Of a DNA stretch of 64,000 nucleotides, positions 50,136 through 63,164 are shown piece by piece; positions within the stretch are counted from its first letter, which is position 1; the number at the start of each line of letters is the position of its first letter. Both the position numbers and the translations under genes were made by a program. The stretch comes from Octopus sinensis (lineage: Eukaryota), in the NCBI RefSeq assembly GCF_006345805.1, contig NC_043011.1, forward strand, positions 2,108,001 through 2,172,000, given 5' to 3'. The notes below the pieces were generated by a model. That model saw only the letters and a program-made list of their open reading frames with translations, was not told the DNA's origin and made no database searches.

Positions 50136-50625
50136 TTTTATGGGTTTGAGAAAATTAAATTTTCTCTACGTAGTAAATTTTCCTTCCTTACTTGCATAAA
50201 TAGTGCTTTCTTTGCATTCTTTATGTACCAAGTAATTTTGTTTTCCTCTGACTGAATACAATTCTCACAACTTAATCTCTGCCTTTCTTTCTTTCTTGAC
50301 AGGCTACACCTGTCAACATCACTTTTCAGGTTGAAGGCACTGGATATTATCCAAAAATTGCATTTCCTCTCTTTGTCATCTAGATTATGAATTTTTCCTC
50401 TTTTGGCACACTTTTGGCAGTATTTCATTTGTGAACCAAAACCTAGTCACTGCATTACATTGTTACCTTCTTTCCATTGATAAAACATTCTTATTGACTT
50501 TAACATTATCTGTCTTAGCTTTATATGTCAGCAATTGTTATATTTTAAATAAATCATTACAATAAAACAATTGAGATTATTCCAGTAATAACTGACATGT
50601 TCCTTTTATACAGAAGACTATTTAA

Positions 50626-50846
50626 CCCTTTCATTAACAACCCGGCTGAAATCAGCTCTGGCTCTGAGGTACAAATGTCTTGTTTTCATAAGTTTTGAAT
50701 TAAAATCTTCCCCCAAACCTTAGTCACAATTTTTGTTCCTAAGACTAGCTGAAAGATAACTAAGTTATTTTACTAAATTCTTTGTTATACTTAAAGTAAT
50801 TCAAAGAAACACAGAGCATCTCAAAATAAATACAGTAACAAAAAGG
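50626..50846. mobile_element. TTAA MITE, first of a tandem pair
   Basis: TTAA|cccttt...aaaagg|TTAA; same family as 21041, opposite orientation. Confidence 0.85.
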
Positions 50847-50879
50847 TTAAAATATATATAATAGAGATACAATTCTTAA

Positions 50880-51100
50880 CCTTTTTGATACCAGCCTAGC
50901 AGAAACCACTTCTGGCTCTGAGGTACAAATGTCTTGTTTTCATAAGTTTTGAATTAAAATCTTCCACCAAACCTTAGTCCCAGTTTATGTTCCTAAGACT
51001 AGCTGAAAGATAACTAAGTTATTTTACTAAATTCTTTGTTATATTTAAAGTAATTCAAAGAAACACAGAGCATCTCAACAGAAATACAGTAACAAAAGGG
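50880..51100. mobile_element. TTAA MITE, second of a tandem pair
   Basis: TTAA|cctttttgatac...gtaacaaaaggg|TTAA. Confidence 0.85.
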
Positions 51101-52103
51101 TTAATATGGTGAGAGTTCTGGTAACTCGTTTGTCATAAATCCTTAAATCAAGAGGAATTTGAATTAACAAGATTTCTGCTATATGCAGAAAATCGCTATA
51201 TTTACTTTGAAAGAGCATACAGTGTTGCTTTTATAAAAACAGGCAAGATACTAATAGCTCTGCATCTTATTTGAGTTAGAATTTACAAAATGTAGCAAAT
51301 ATATTCTGTAATATTGATTTCTTTGAACTCCAATGAACAACCTGAACATTTCCTTAGATGTAGCTCATATTTTCTGTTAACCATATTCTCTAATTGGTGC
51401 AAAATTGAATAAAAGAAACACGATTCTTTAATATTCCTTTACGAGCTTCATTCACTGGATTGCAGCCACGCTGAGGCTCCTTCAGTATTTTTTTAGCCAA
51501 TCATGGCAAATCCAGAATTTATTTTAGCAATCACTCACCATTTTTGTTTTAACCTACTGTACTGAAGCAATCAAATAATGCATGAATTAAACATGGACAC
51601 ACACACACGCATGCACATGTGGTTAACTGAGTGGGTATTGTTTTGTTTTTTTTACACAAGAGAGGGAGAGAACATTGATTCCAAACTGGAGTTGTGTTTT
51701 CAAAAAAAAAAAAAGAAAAAAAAAAGAAAAATGTAAATGGTGATTGCATTTGTCTGTTCTCCAAAGCAGAAACCTTCTTGAGTGAGATTATCTGATAACT
51801 CAATAAACATGCAACTCAATATGCATTCATGGAACCTTTTCTTTATGAATATGATTTTAATCTCGTTTTAACATTTGTAACCATTCTTTTAGTAATTGCA
51901 TTTGATTCAAGATAATACAGAAATGTTTACATAGATTTTATCTGGTCCTATTGAGCCATGTACAGATTTTATCAATATCCATTCTTTAATTGGTTGTGGA
52001 ACAATTGTTATTAGCATTAAATTCACAGGTATTGTCAGATATTAATATTTCTGGAACACTATCATCAATAGTACTCGCCTAAATACAATTCACATCCTAC
52101 TTG

Positions 52104-52520
52104 CACTTATGCCTGTGCTAGTAGGGTGCCAAGAACACCATCCGAGCATGATCGTTGTGATTGTTGCCAGAGCAGCCAACTGGTTTCCGTACCCGTGGCA
52201 CATAAAAGGGCACCATTTGAGCATGATTGTTACCAACGTCGCTTCACTGGCACCTGTGTCGGTGGCACGTGTAAAAAGATTCGAGCGAGGTCATTGCCAG
52301 TACCACCTGACTGGCCCCCATGCAGGTGGCACGTAAAAAGCACCCACTACACTCTCGGAGTGGTTGGCATTAGGAAGGGCATCCAGCTGTAGAAACATTG
52401 CCAGATCAAGGCTGGAGCCTGGTGCAGCCATCTGGTTGCCAGCCCTCAGTCAAAACCGTCCAACCCATGCTAGCATGGAAAACGGACGTTAAATGATGAT
52501 GATGATGATGATGATGATGA
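52104..52520 (+). mobile_element. RTE 3'-UTR family copy, same subfamily as 19013
   Basis: Shared cttatgcctgtgctagtagggtgccaaga segment; (GAT)n tail. Confidence 0.85.
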
Positions 52521-52879
52521 TCCTAACAGTAATCTGACCACAGTGATTCTAACACTCTAGTTAGTATTGAACCACAATATACATAATCATGCTCAGTTTT
52601 TATCATCAGTGTTCTGTAACTTTTTGGTGGAACAGTTGTCCTTTAACTAATAGGACATCTTCAACCATTGATTTATTTTTAATTTCTGAAATGGCTTTTC
52701 AACAACAGAACAACTGACCCAATTCGAACTGAATTATCCTTATCGATATACTGGATAAAATATTATCATTGCCAGTCTTTATATTTTTACATTATAGAAC
52801 ATCAATTTCTACAAGTTGGATAAAACATCATTGTCATCATGATGTTCATCTAAGTAGATACTGGTAATTAAGTTTATGT

Positions 52880-53135
52880 TTATGTATTTGTTTTGCAAGA
52901 TTCCTGGTGTGAAATTCGTGTGTTGAAATTGATATTGTTACATTTTGGAATGGTCATTTTTTTTTTTACCAAATAAACACATGCACTATATAGTTGTTCT
53001 TCACTTCAGATTTATTATCATTCTTGTTTTATGTCCTTTGTCTGGAAATCTTTCATTGCACATCCTGTGACCTCTTCAGCAACTCATGTGTCTCCTCCTG
53101 TTCTCTTTAGCCTATTCTGTCTCTGCATGGTATGT
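52880..53135. repeat. Unclassified dispersed repeat (copy 2 of 3)
   Basis: Matches about 26095 and 62105 (gcaagattcctg..gtgtgttgaaa..ccaaataaacac). Confidence 0.55.
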
Positions 53136-53409
53136 ATCCTTATCTGTGTATGCATTTGTATTAATTAAATTCCAATTGCAAAAATGTATTATTCCCTTTA
53201 TATACTTTATGACAGAATCAAATGCAGTCATTTGTAAGACCCATCACAAAATATATGCTGATGTTATTTTCAGTAAATAATAATTTCTGCTAAAAATAAT
53301 TCTAGTAACCTATTGATCTGCGGCCAGTTTAGATTTTCTGTGAAGCAGTGCTTCCCTTTCAGATCAGAAAACTTTGTTTCAGCTGCAAATGTAGTTTAGG
53401 TAGGCTATT

Positions 53410-54200
53410 TTAATACTGACATAAATTTTCACTTGCCTTAGTTCTTAATGTAATATTTTTTGAAGCATCATAAATCTTGACTACTGTCTTGTTACTAACC
53501 AGTTTTATACACACAAATGCCTTTTGTAATTGGACTTCCCATGAAAACAGGACACCACATTTACAAAGTTTTGCAAGTGGCAAATATTTCATTTGAATAT
53601 TGCTCACGATATCTCACATAAAAATTGACAAGTCCAAGAAAAGTTTCTGATGCACCCATAATTCACCCTACTAAATGATGATCTGATGATATCTTCTTTG
53701 TCAGTCTATATCCTCCAAAAAGCAATTCCCAAATCTCCACCACAGGCTCTGCTCTATTAATTGCAGTACCTGATGCTTGATAAATCCAATTGTTTTATGA
53801 TGCTGTTGTGTGAACTTTCAACAATGTTAGCACCAAATTTATTGATAATCTTGATAAATAATAATAATAATATCAATGCTGTTTCCTAGAACATCTACAA
53901 CAGGTCCCTGGAACAGAGCTGATTGTTCCAATTTCATATGGAAAACATTCAATCTTAGAAGATTTATTGATGTATTTATCATTACTTCTTTCCCTACTGA
54001 ACACATTTCTAGTTGATGATATGCACCATTTAAATTTAGTTGAGAGAATATAATTCGTGCTAAAAAGTAAAAAACAAAAAAATATTGCTCCAGTATTGTT
54101 GAAGAAAAATCAGAACAAATTCCTTCTTTCATTATTCTAAAATCTCCATGTGCTTTCTGCACATCTTCCGATATCCATTTACTCTTTCCAGACGTATACT
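53410..54200 (-). mobile_element. Old Gypsy/Ty3 LTR-retrotransposon pol remnant (RT and start of RNase H)
   Basis: IFSQLNLNGAYHQLE...INTSINLLRLNVFHMKLEQSALFQ resembles FS.LDL..AY.QL...INT..GLF.Y.R..FG...A.A.FQ; FLGLVNFY; FSWEVQLQKAFVCIK...YDASKNITLRTKAS. Confidence 0.7.
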
Positions 54201-54485
54201 ATTTCCAAAGATAATAATTAAATAGTTTCCTTGGTTTTATTATGAATTGGTAATAATCTTGTCCCAGAAGAACATGGTTCAATGTTTACTTTAAGAAAAA
54301 TTTTAGTTTTTAAACCTCTTAAAAACCACTTAATCTTTGAAATTGTCCTGAAACTTCAAGTTCATGAATTAATATTGAACTATCATTATTCATCCCATTC
54401 TTATCAAACAAGTCATGATTGCTTTTTCTTCTTTGTTTTTTTACATTTAGAAACACTAAAAATTTTTTTTATCAGTTTCCAGTAA

Positions 54486-54707
54486 CCCTTTTGATACCAA
54501 CCTGGCCAAAACCGCCTCTGACTCTGTAGTACAAATGTCTTGTTTTCATAAGTATCGAATTAAAATCTTCCACCAAACCTCAGTCACAATTTATGTTCCC
54601 AACACTAGCTTAATGATAACTAAGTTCTTTTACTAAATTCTTTGAAATATTTAAAATTAATTGAATGAAACACAGAGCATCTCAAAATAAATACGGTAAT
54701 GAAAGGG
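54486..54707. mobile_element. TTAA MITE, fourth copy (left TSD mutated to gtaa)
   Basis: cccttttgatac...gaaaggg|TTAA. Confidence 0.85.
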
Positions 54708-54879
54708 TTAATGTTGCAAACATTATTGAAATTTCATTGAGTGGGCTATCAAATCGTATGGGTTTGGTGTCACCCATTTATTAACTTTACTTTATTCAAT
54801 AATTGTATCAAGAACTTGTGAGGCATTTCAGTTACCTGACTGCCAATGTCAATTTGTATCTCAAAATTAGTATTACTAT

Positions 54880-55272
54880 CTTTTACTTGTTTCAGTCATT
54901 TGACTGGGGCCATGCTGGAGCACCACCTTTAGTCGAGCAAATCGCCCCCGGGACTTATTCTTTGTAAGCCCAGTACTTATTCTATCGGTCTCTTTTTGCC
55001 GAACCGCTAAGTGACAGGGACGTAAACACACCAGCATCGGTTGTCAAGCAATGCTAGGGGGACAAATACAAACACACATACACACACATATATATATATA
55101 CATATATACGACAGGCTTCTTTCAGTTTCCATCTACCAAATCCACTCACAAGGCATTGGTCGGCCCGGGGCTATAGCAGAAGACACTTGCCCAAGATGCC
55201 ATGCAGTGGGACTGAACCTGGAACCATGTGGTTGGTTAGCAAGTTACTTATCACACAGCCACTCCTGCGCCT
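54880..55272 (-). mobile_element. SINE family A
   Basis: Reverse complement of 23660-24064. Confidence 0.9.
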
Positions 55273-56678
55273 ATTATTGAATTTCACATTCATCATTGTA
55301 GTATTTTTACGACAATTTTATAAATACTTGCAGAATTTTAATTTTCAGTTTCTTCAATTACTTCATTCTATTTTGAATATTTACATAATGCCTTAAAATG
55401 ATACAAGTGTCACCAAATGCAGAATATTCAGAGATAAATTTATATTTGTTTCTTTCAATATGTGACTCCCATGGGCTTATCAAGATTTTAGTTATGCTTT
55501 TTTCAGACATCTGAAATTTAGAAGTAGTTGAACTTATTAAATGAATCCACAGTATTCATAAGCTTTGGATCATCTCATTAAACTTGTATGCATCTATGAG
55601 TCTCTTTTGATTTGCATAATCTGCATTTTGTCTTTCAGTTTTTCTTTTATGAATTCCGCCCCCAGAGCTGACACACATAATTACTGAGAATAACTTTGAA
55701 TTCATTCAATTAAATGTTGATGTGAAAGAATCTGACTCTTTCATCAATTACTAATTTATTTGGTTATGAATTGATGAATTATGTTCTCATTGTTAAGGTA
55801 AAGAATTACACCCAGGCCTCTGTCGTCATTACCTTGGTTATGAAGTGGAGACTCACAGCTATTAACCAGCTATGCCATTGATGTGTCACACTGTTTTTAA
55901 TCTATGTAAAGCCTTAGCCACACATGAAGCTTCGAATCCAGAAGTTTTAATTCAACCAAATCACTAAACCTGCTGGCATTAAACAGACTGATATCTTAAA
56001 TTGTTTTCATCACATGTATGTAAGATGCAGGCAGTGCTACAGTTGTATCAGTGTAGTAATAATATCACACAATCCAGAGATAAATGAAATATCTGCCAAA
56101 TTAAAACTATAGAAAATATCATAAAATTTGGTAATTTAACCGATTTATCTCTTGGCTGGCTCTGCCACTGATTTCCTGTTTATAAACCCTCATGCTTTCC
56201 ATATACTGTATATTTAAAATTACCTTATTCTGTATATGAGAGCATAGATAAGTGGGTTGATGTGAGACAACTGAAATATTACGGTAAATGAGGAATACAT
56301 GGGAAGACTAATCGTTAATGTTTACATTTTTTTATTCATTAATATTTTAAGTGGTGTATGACAAATCTCCAGAAATTGTTCAGTGAATTACATAGAAGAC
56401 TTATACAGTTAAACAGCAACAAGAACAAAATCAAAAGTGTTTCAACATAACATATTTGCTTTGTAAGAAATGGTGAGTGAGAGAATGTCTTAATTATGGA
56501 AAGTAATAACTAGGAAATGACAGGCAACAAGATAAACTCTCCTAAGTGATTAAAGCTTCCGAAGCAAAGACAAGCTTTGAAGAATTGCCAAAAATAACCT
56601 TTTCTATAATCTCTAATGGGTTCTAGAAAGCAGTTTGACTGGCTTAAAATTCCTACATAGGTGTTTGTATACTACTGT

Positions 56679-56983
56679 GATCACCGTGACTGACCAGGCT
56701 ATCAGATGTTGCTACACATCGCTGGTTACAATGCACTTCACATTGTTTTAGCCATCAAATGACGCCACCCCGCTGGCTAAGCGAGCAGGCCAACAGATGA
56801 AAGAGTGAGAGAAAGTTGTGGCAAAAGAGTACAGCAGGGATTGCCACCACCCCCTACCGGAGCCTCATGGAGCTTTAGGTGTTTTCGCTCAATAAACACT
56901 CACAATACCTGGTCTGGGAATCGAAACCGCGATCCTACGACCGTGAGTCCGCTGCCCTAACAACTAGGCCATTGCGCCTCCAC
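56679..56983 (-). mobile_element. SINE family B, tail type 2, 12-bp TSD
   Basis: Head gtggaggcgcaatggcc; TSD gtatactactgt at 56667-56678 and 56984-56995. Confidence 0.9.
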
Positions 56984-57092
56984 GTATACTACTGTATTTT
57001 ATGGAATCATGTGGCCCTTACTGAGGGATCAAGAATTAAGTATAGCATTTGACATTAAATACAGTTTCAATGCTATGATGTATGTGTGTATA

Positions 57093-57672
57093 AAGACTTG
57101 CTGAAGTCTTCCTTAAGAGATGCTTGCATCTCTCCTGACACATGGGAAGACATAGCTATTGATCATAGCAGGTGGAGAAGGATTGTGCACGAGGGGACAG
57201 TTACTTTTTGAGAAATCTCCAGTTGCACATGAGAAAGTAAGGAGGGGTGTCAGGAAGGGCATCGCTGTTACACTTCCAGATGGGAAGGGTCTTCCTATGA
57301 TGCTGACATGCAGTGTCTGTGCAAGACCCTGCCTCAGTAAAGCTGGACTCAAGAGTCATCTTCGTAGTCATAAAGTGAGAAAGATGAGTAACAACCTGGC
57401 CACTGGTGGTGGTGTTAGACACCATAATAATCATATCTGTCGGGCATGTGGAAGAGAGTGTAATTCGGCAGGAGGACTTAAACAACATGTAAAGGTACAC
57501 AAAGCCCAGTTACTACAGCCGGCTATTACCGGTAAAGGTTTTAGTTGCCAATTCTGTACAAGACATTGTAGATCTTTAGCTGGGCTAAAAAGTCACATTC
57601 GATCACAGCACCAATAACAGTTAAGCTTTGTGCAATGGCCATCCTCGATAACGAGGGGGCAGCTATCATCAT
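57093..57672 (+). mobile_element. 5'-truncated RTE-type LINE 3' end encoding three C2H2 zinc fingers
   Basis: DLLKSSLRDACISPDTWEDIAIDHSRWRRIVHEG(fs)FEK...CSVCARPCLSKAGLKSHLRSH, CRACGRECNSAGGLKQHVKVH, CQFCTRHCRSLAGLKSHIRSQH*; short UTR and atcatcat tail. Confidence 0.75.
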
Positions 57673-58521
57673 TATGTACCTGTGCAAAACCAAGAAAGAC
57701 AAGCTAAAAGGGTGAGTAAGCTGAAGCAGCCAGAGTACGAGTTTATACAACAAACTAAATATCTGGCAGTTTGAACCCACTTATGATTGCTATGCTACCA
57801 TTGTCATGCTGCTTAGCATTGTACAAACGATATCTATAGAGTGTATAGTTAACTGACAACAGAGTACATGAAATTCACTTTCTCAAGGATGAAAGTCAAA
57901 AGCCAGACAGTCTGTAATCCTTCAATTGCCTGATATATGCTTTCACTTTCTCTTTAATTTATATTCTAGCCACCACCTCCCCAAATTATTTTCCAATAGA
58001 TATGAAATATATTGCCATATGTAGAATTAATGAATTATTTTATTGCAAGATATACAGCATAATTATTGTAAATCCTAATGTCACATCTACTTAGATTGCT
58101 TGCTAGCCAAATCTCTAATCTGTCCTTATGCTAAACATATTTCTTTGTTTCCCCTTTTCCCATTGTGGTGACTGTAAACTCTTATTGTCTCAGATAAGCT
58201 CATTTGTTCCCACTATAAACTTGAACATAATTTTTTTTGTAAAATGATACATTTGTGTTTGTACTATGAAATATCATTGACTGAAACAAAATTAACAAGC
58301 TAAAAACGAACCTATCTAAATATTTGTCATTATTTAGAATGTCACCCTTTATTGAAGCATGTAATTTGCTTTTACCTAAGCCAGGATTCTCATGCTTACA
58401 GGGGAAAGGAAATTGGAAGTTTTGATTACACAGTTATGGAAAGTAAAACAGTGTGACACAACTATTCACTGTTGCAACGCATAAAAAAAACAGCAACATC
58501 ACCAGTTCTCTTTTTCTTTTA

Positions 58522-58922
58522 GTCTCTTTTACTTGTTTCAGTCATTTGACTGCGGCCATGCTGGAGCACCGCCTTTAGTCCAGCAAATCGACCCCAGGAC
58601 TTATTCTTTGTAAGCCTAGTACTTATTCTATCGGTCTCTTTTGCTGAACCGCTAAGTCATGGGGACGTAAACATACCAGCATCGGTTGTCAAGTGATATT
58701 GGGGGAACAAACACAGAAATACAAACATATACACACATACATATATATATATGTATACATATATACGACAGGCTTCTTCCAGTTTCTGCCTACCAAATCC
58801 ACTCACAAGGCTTTGGTTGGCCCGAGGCTATAGTAGAAGACACTTGCCCAACATGCCACGCAGTGGGAATGAACCCGAAACCACGTGGTTGGTAAGCAAG
58901 CTACTTACTACACAGCCACTCC
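58522..58922 (-). mobile_element. SINE family A
   Basis: Reverse complement of 23660-24064. Confidence 0.9.
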
Positions 58923-58984
58923 GAAACATTTTTATAATACATTAGTATAGAATGGTTTCAGTCTCTACAAATATATAAAGATAT

Positions 58985-59605
58985 AGTTATGATAAGGATG
59001 GTAATGGTGACGGGTTTTGTAGTGGTGGTAATGGTAGTGATGGCGATAGATGTGGTGGTGGTAGTGTTGATGACAACGATGAAGCTGGTGATTGCAGAGT
59101 TTATGAAGACTGTGTTGCTATTGTTTTTATTACCTTTGTTTAGTCTCAGGTCAACCCTGACCGAGTGAACCTGCAGCTAAAGGCATTTCAGCCATGATCG
59201 ACACAGGAATTCAATGCTTTCCTACCTTTTCGAATTTGTTGGGGGACATCATGTGATGGAAACCTGCTTACTATTTCTTGCAGGTTGAGCAACCACATAG
59301 TGACCCCCTAAATGAAATAAGTATCAGTTATTTTTTTTTTTGTTGGCAATGGTAACGATGGTTATCATCTTGATGGTGATAATGATGATGATGCATATTA
59401 GTAATAGTAATGGCTATAATGGTAATAATACCTTGGGTAGTGCATGGGAAGGACACTAGCGATGGTAATGAGGCTGGTGGCAGTATTAGTTATAATGGTA
59501 ATGATGTAGTGGTAGTAATGTTGGTGCTGTCAATGGCAACGATGAGGAAGATGATGATGATGGTAGTGATAGTGACCCTCTTAGTTATTCTAATAGTGGT
59601 TATAA
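58985..59605. repeat. Degenerate (GGT/GAT/AAT)n low-complexity tract with an embedded SINE fragment
   Basis: Directly visible trinucleotide periodicity. Confidence 0.8.
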
Positions 59606-60497
59606 TGGTGCCATTATTTGTAATAGTAAAATTGATTTTAGATGAAACATTCAATATTTATACTAGTTTACAGGAATGAAAATACTTCGACATAAAAATG
59701 CAAAAATGAATTTCTTAATTGTTTATTACCAATTTACACATTTAAATATTTTTTGTTCTTATAATGTGTTGAAATATTAAACTTGAAGTAATTGTCACTA
59801 TGTAATTCTTTGAAAAATAACAATATTTATCTGATTGCGACAATTGATAACTTCCATTTCACAAGTAAATTGTTTTGGGCTCAATCTTATTGCCCAGTTT
59901 CCTGGGTAAATGTGTTCTGCTGTAATTTATATTGACAATTGACAAAAAGAATTTGGTTGTGAGAAACTAATGTCAAAGACCAGCCTGTGTTTGTGGGTTT
60001 ATTTTTACATAATTTAACTGTTGTTGTGTCCCTTTATGTTTCATAATATAAAGGTTCATTGATAGATAGATAAAATAACAGCCAAACTGAATTAAGTGCT
60101 GCAGTTGATAATCCTTGGATTCATACTTCTAAAAAAAAAGGATTAACTGTAGACTTGGCAATTTTTAAGATGATTTCCTTTTTCTGTTACACTAGGATAT
60201 AGAAACAGGTGGATAGGTTTATGCTGTTTGTACTCAGTTTGAAAAGTCAAAGGCTGTGATTGGAGATGGTGCCATTATTTGTAATAGTAAAATTGATTTT
60301 AGATGAAACATTCAATATTTATACTAGTTTACAGGAATGAAAATACTTCGACATAAAAAAGCAAAAATGAATTTCTTAATTGTTTATTACCAATTTACAC
60401 ATTTAAATATTTTTTGTTCTCATAATGTGTTGAAATATTAAATTTGAAGTAAATGTCACTATGTAATTCTTTGAAAAATAACAATATTTATCTGATT
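59605..60497 (+). repeat. 232-bp direct duplication (59605-59836 and 60266-60497)
   Basis: atggtgccattatttgtaatag...caatatttatctgatt occurs twice, offset 661, with only a few substitutions. Confidence 0.92.
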
Positions 60498-60559
60498 ATT
60501 GAAATAGCAATAATTCCCGTAGGAAAGAAGGGTTAGATAAGTGTGTTTGAGCAGGATCT

Positions 60560-60810
60560 AATTGAGGAGGCATAATATTGATGACAAAAGGAAGAGGAAG
60601 TGAGACAGAAGAGTTAGGTGAATTTCAGTTGAGGAGTTGTACAAGTGGCATGTCCAACAGAAGAGAGAATTTTGAAGTCAGTGATAGGAAAGACAGAGAT
60701 TAGTAGGCAGCCAAATGTTTGAAGAGTGAATGATTGAGTAAAATGAGAAAACTTGTGAGAGTCTGAATAAAAGATTGTCTATCAAGAAAATGGCTATGCT
60801 TGGATGTTAT
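60560..60810 (-). mobile_element. Possible very old L2/CR1-like LINE 3' remnant
   Basis: Minus-strand SQSF.I...LAAY..SVFP-like words; weak. Confidence 0.25.
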
Positions 60811-62094
60811 TTAAGAAGTTGAGACTTATATCTGAAGTATAAACAATAGCACAGTATTAAATGGTAATTTTAAATATGGTTAACTGCTTTTGATGATTTA
60901 AGTATTTTCTGGGTTTAAAAAAGAATCTAACATTTGTAGCCTTAGACAACATTAAAAAAAATGTTTAGATTTACAAGGTTTAAGATGTGAAGAATATATG
61001 AGATGTAATCAAGTATTATAATTAATGAATACTGGGAATATAGTAACACAGCATTTCTTTTTAAAATGCACAGGATTTGTGTTTTGATAGGATTTTCATG
61101 ACAGCATTACAGATGTTTTCAAGCCTTCTTAATCAAGGAGTTATGGTTTTATATTGATGAAATTTGTGTTCAGATGGAGAGGAAGAAGTGCTGTGTGTAC
61201 TGAGTGGGCACATATGCAGTAAAAGATTACAACATTTAAGTAATGAATCTTGTAAAGAAAGAGGAAGCGATAACTGAGTTAATTTGCCCTGGAAATATTT
61301 CTGTAAATGAAAGGAAAATTATTAGGTAAGATTTAGTACTAGTTCCAATCAAGTTAGTTGTATTAAAGCTGGAAAATTTAAATGTTGGTTGGAGGCAGCT
61401 TGCTTTACATTCTTAATTAATCATAAAACTAATATATACCAATGAGACCTATATGCTGATTCAATTGCCTGTATACCTATTTCTATAAAATTCTTGTTGA
61501 TTTGAGCTTATTTGAACTGGGGATGAGGGAAACAGGTTTGTAGAAAGTGGCTTACCATCAAACAAAATTTCTTACAGTATGTTGTAAGAAATTCTGTATG
61601 CTGAGTTCAAATCCCCAAAAGCAAATAGTAAGCAACAAAATATAGTAGCTAGAAAGAATTTGGTATGTTTGACTAAATGCTACCAAACCCAAGCTGTTAT
61701 ATTTAATTTATCTGCATAATTGCTTGCCTGCCTGAGTGCATGCGTGTGTGCTTGCTTGCTTGCTTACATACATACATACATCACGGGAAGGAACGTTTCA
61801 CCGAAGTCGCGTCTCGCCTTCACCTTCAAAACGCGGAGTAGATGAAACCATGGCAACTGAAGAAGAGGAATTTTCCTTGTGTTATATGTCCTGTACTCTA
61901 TTTTTTCGTTGTTTAAGAAAAATGTCCAGTTCCTTGGTTTTGCGTTTATGTTTTCGTTTCTCATTGTGTTTGAGGTTTTTTTGGTGTCCTGTACCCATAT
62001 ATGCATGTATATATACATGTAGATGTAGGTACGTACATATATGTATGTATATATGCATATGTTTTATTTATTAATTTGTACATACATACATACA

Positions 62095-62370
62095 TGTTTA
62101 TGAATTTGTGTTGTAAGATTCCTGATATAAAGTTGTGTGTTGAAACAGATATTATTATGTTTTGGGATGGTTATTATTTTTTTTGTTGCCAAATAAACAC
62201 ACGCCCCATGTTTCTTCTTCACTTGCTTATTACTATTCTTATTCTAACTCAAGTTCATTGTCAGGAAACCGTTCGTCACACACCTGTGACCTCCTCAGTG
62301 ACACTTTCCATCTTCATGTATGCTCTTGCTCTGCTTTTTCCATTCTGTTCTTCTATGATGTGTATCCATA
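62095..62370. repeat. Unclassified dispersed repeat (copy 3 of 3)
   Basis: Matches about 26095 and 52885. Confidence 0.55.
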
Positions 62371-63164
62371 TATAAGCATGTGCCTGTGTTGGTGTGTGTG
62401 TGTGTGTACATGTGCACGTGTGTCATTGTTCTTAGTAGCATTATGACCCTCCCATTAGCCTTGTCCCCTACCCTGTTACCACTGCTGCTGACCTTGAACC
62501 CGACTTTTTGTACCATTCTTGTAACTCACTGTGTTTGTGTGTTCACCTATACTGCCGCCATTGTGGTAGTTGTTGTTGTTGCCATCTGTGTTGTTGATAT
62601 TATGGTTTTCTGTGAAGTTACCGTATGTGTGTTTGTGTGTACATGGGTTCGCTTCCTATGTTGTTTGTATTTTTGTCCTTTACGCATTTCTTTTTTTTAT
62701 TTCTTTATTTTCTTTTACTATTTATCATAGGTACAGGCATATATGTCTGTTGTATGTATAGTATACTGTTTTGTATATGGCTTTTTTCTCCCCTCAGTCT
62801 TCAGTCATCATGTTGTGTGGTGTGGTGGTGGGATTTATTGCTCCATTTGTGTTTTCTATTGAGGCTCAGTCTGCCTAATGCTATGTGTGTAGTCTCTGTG
62901 ATCCATCTAAGTATCGTGTCAGTTCTATGCGTTGATAATACTTTGACTTCTATGCTATTGACGGAGCCTTTATATTTTGCTTGAGCATGTTGGCAGATCA
63001 CTGATGAGCCTTTCTCTTCTTTGAGCTCTCACCTGTATTCACCTATATGCTCTCCTAATCTGCATGCTGTATAGACATATATGCACATACTTATGATAAA
63101 TATTTAACAAAAAAAAAATTAGAGACAAAATAAAAAACTGCTTAAAGGACATGGATACAAACAA

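Noticed and set aside
59410-59679. Hydrophobic Val/Met-rich ORF
   Set aside because: Product of the degenerate GGT/GAT trinucleotide tract
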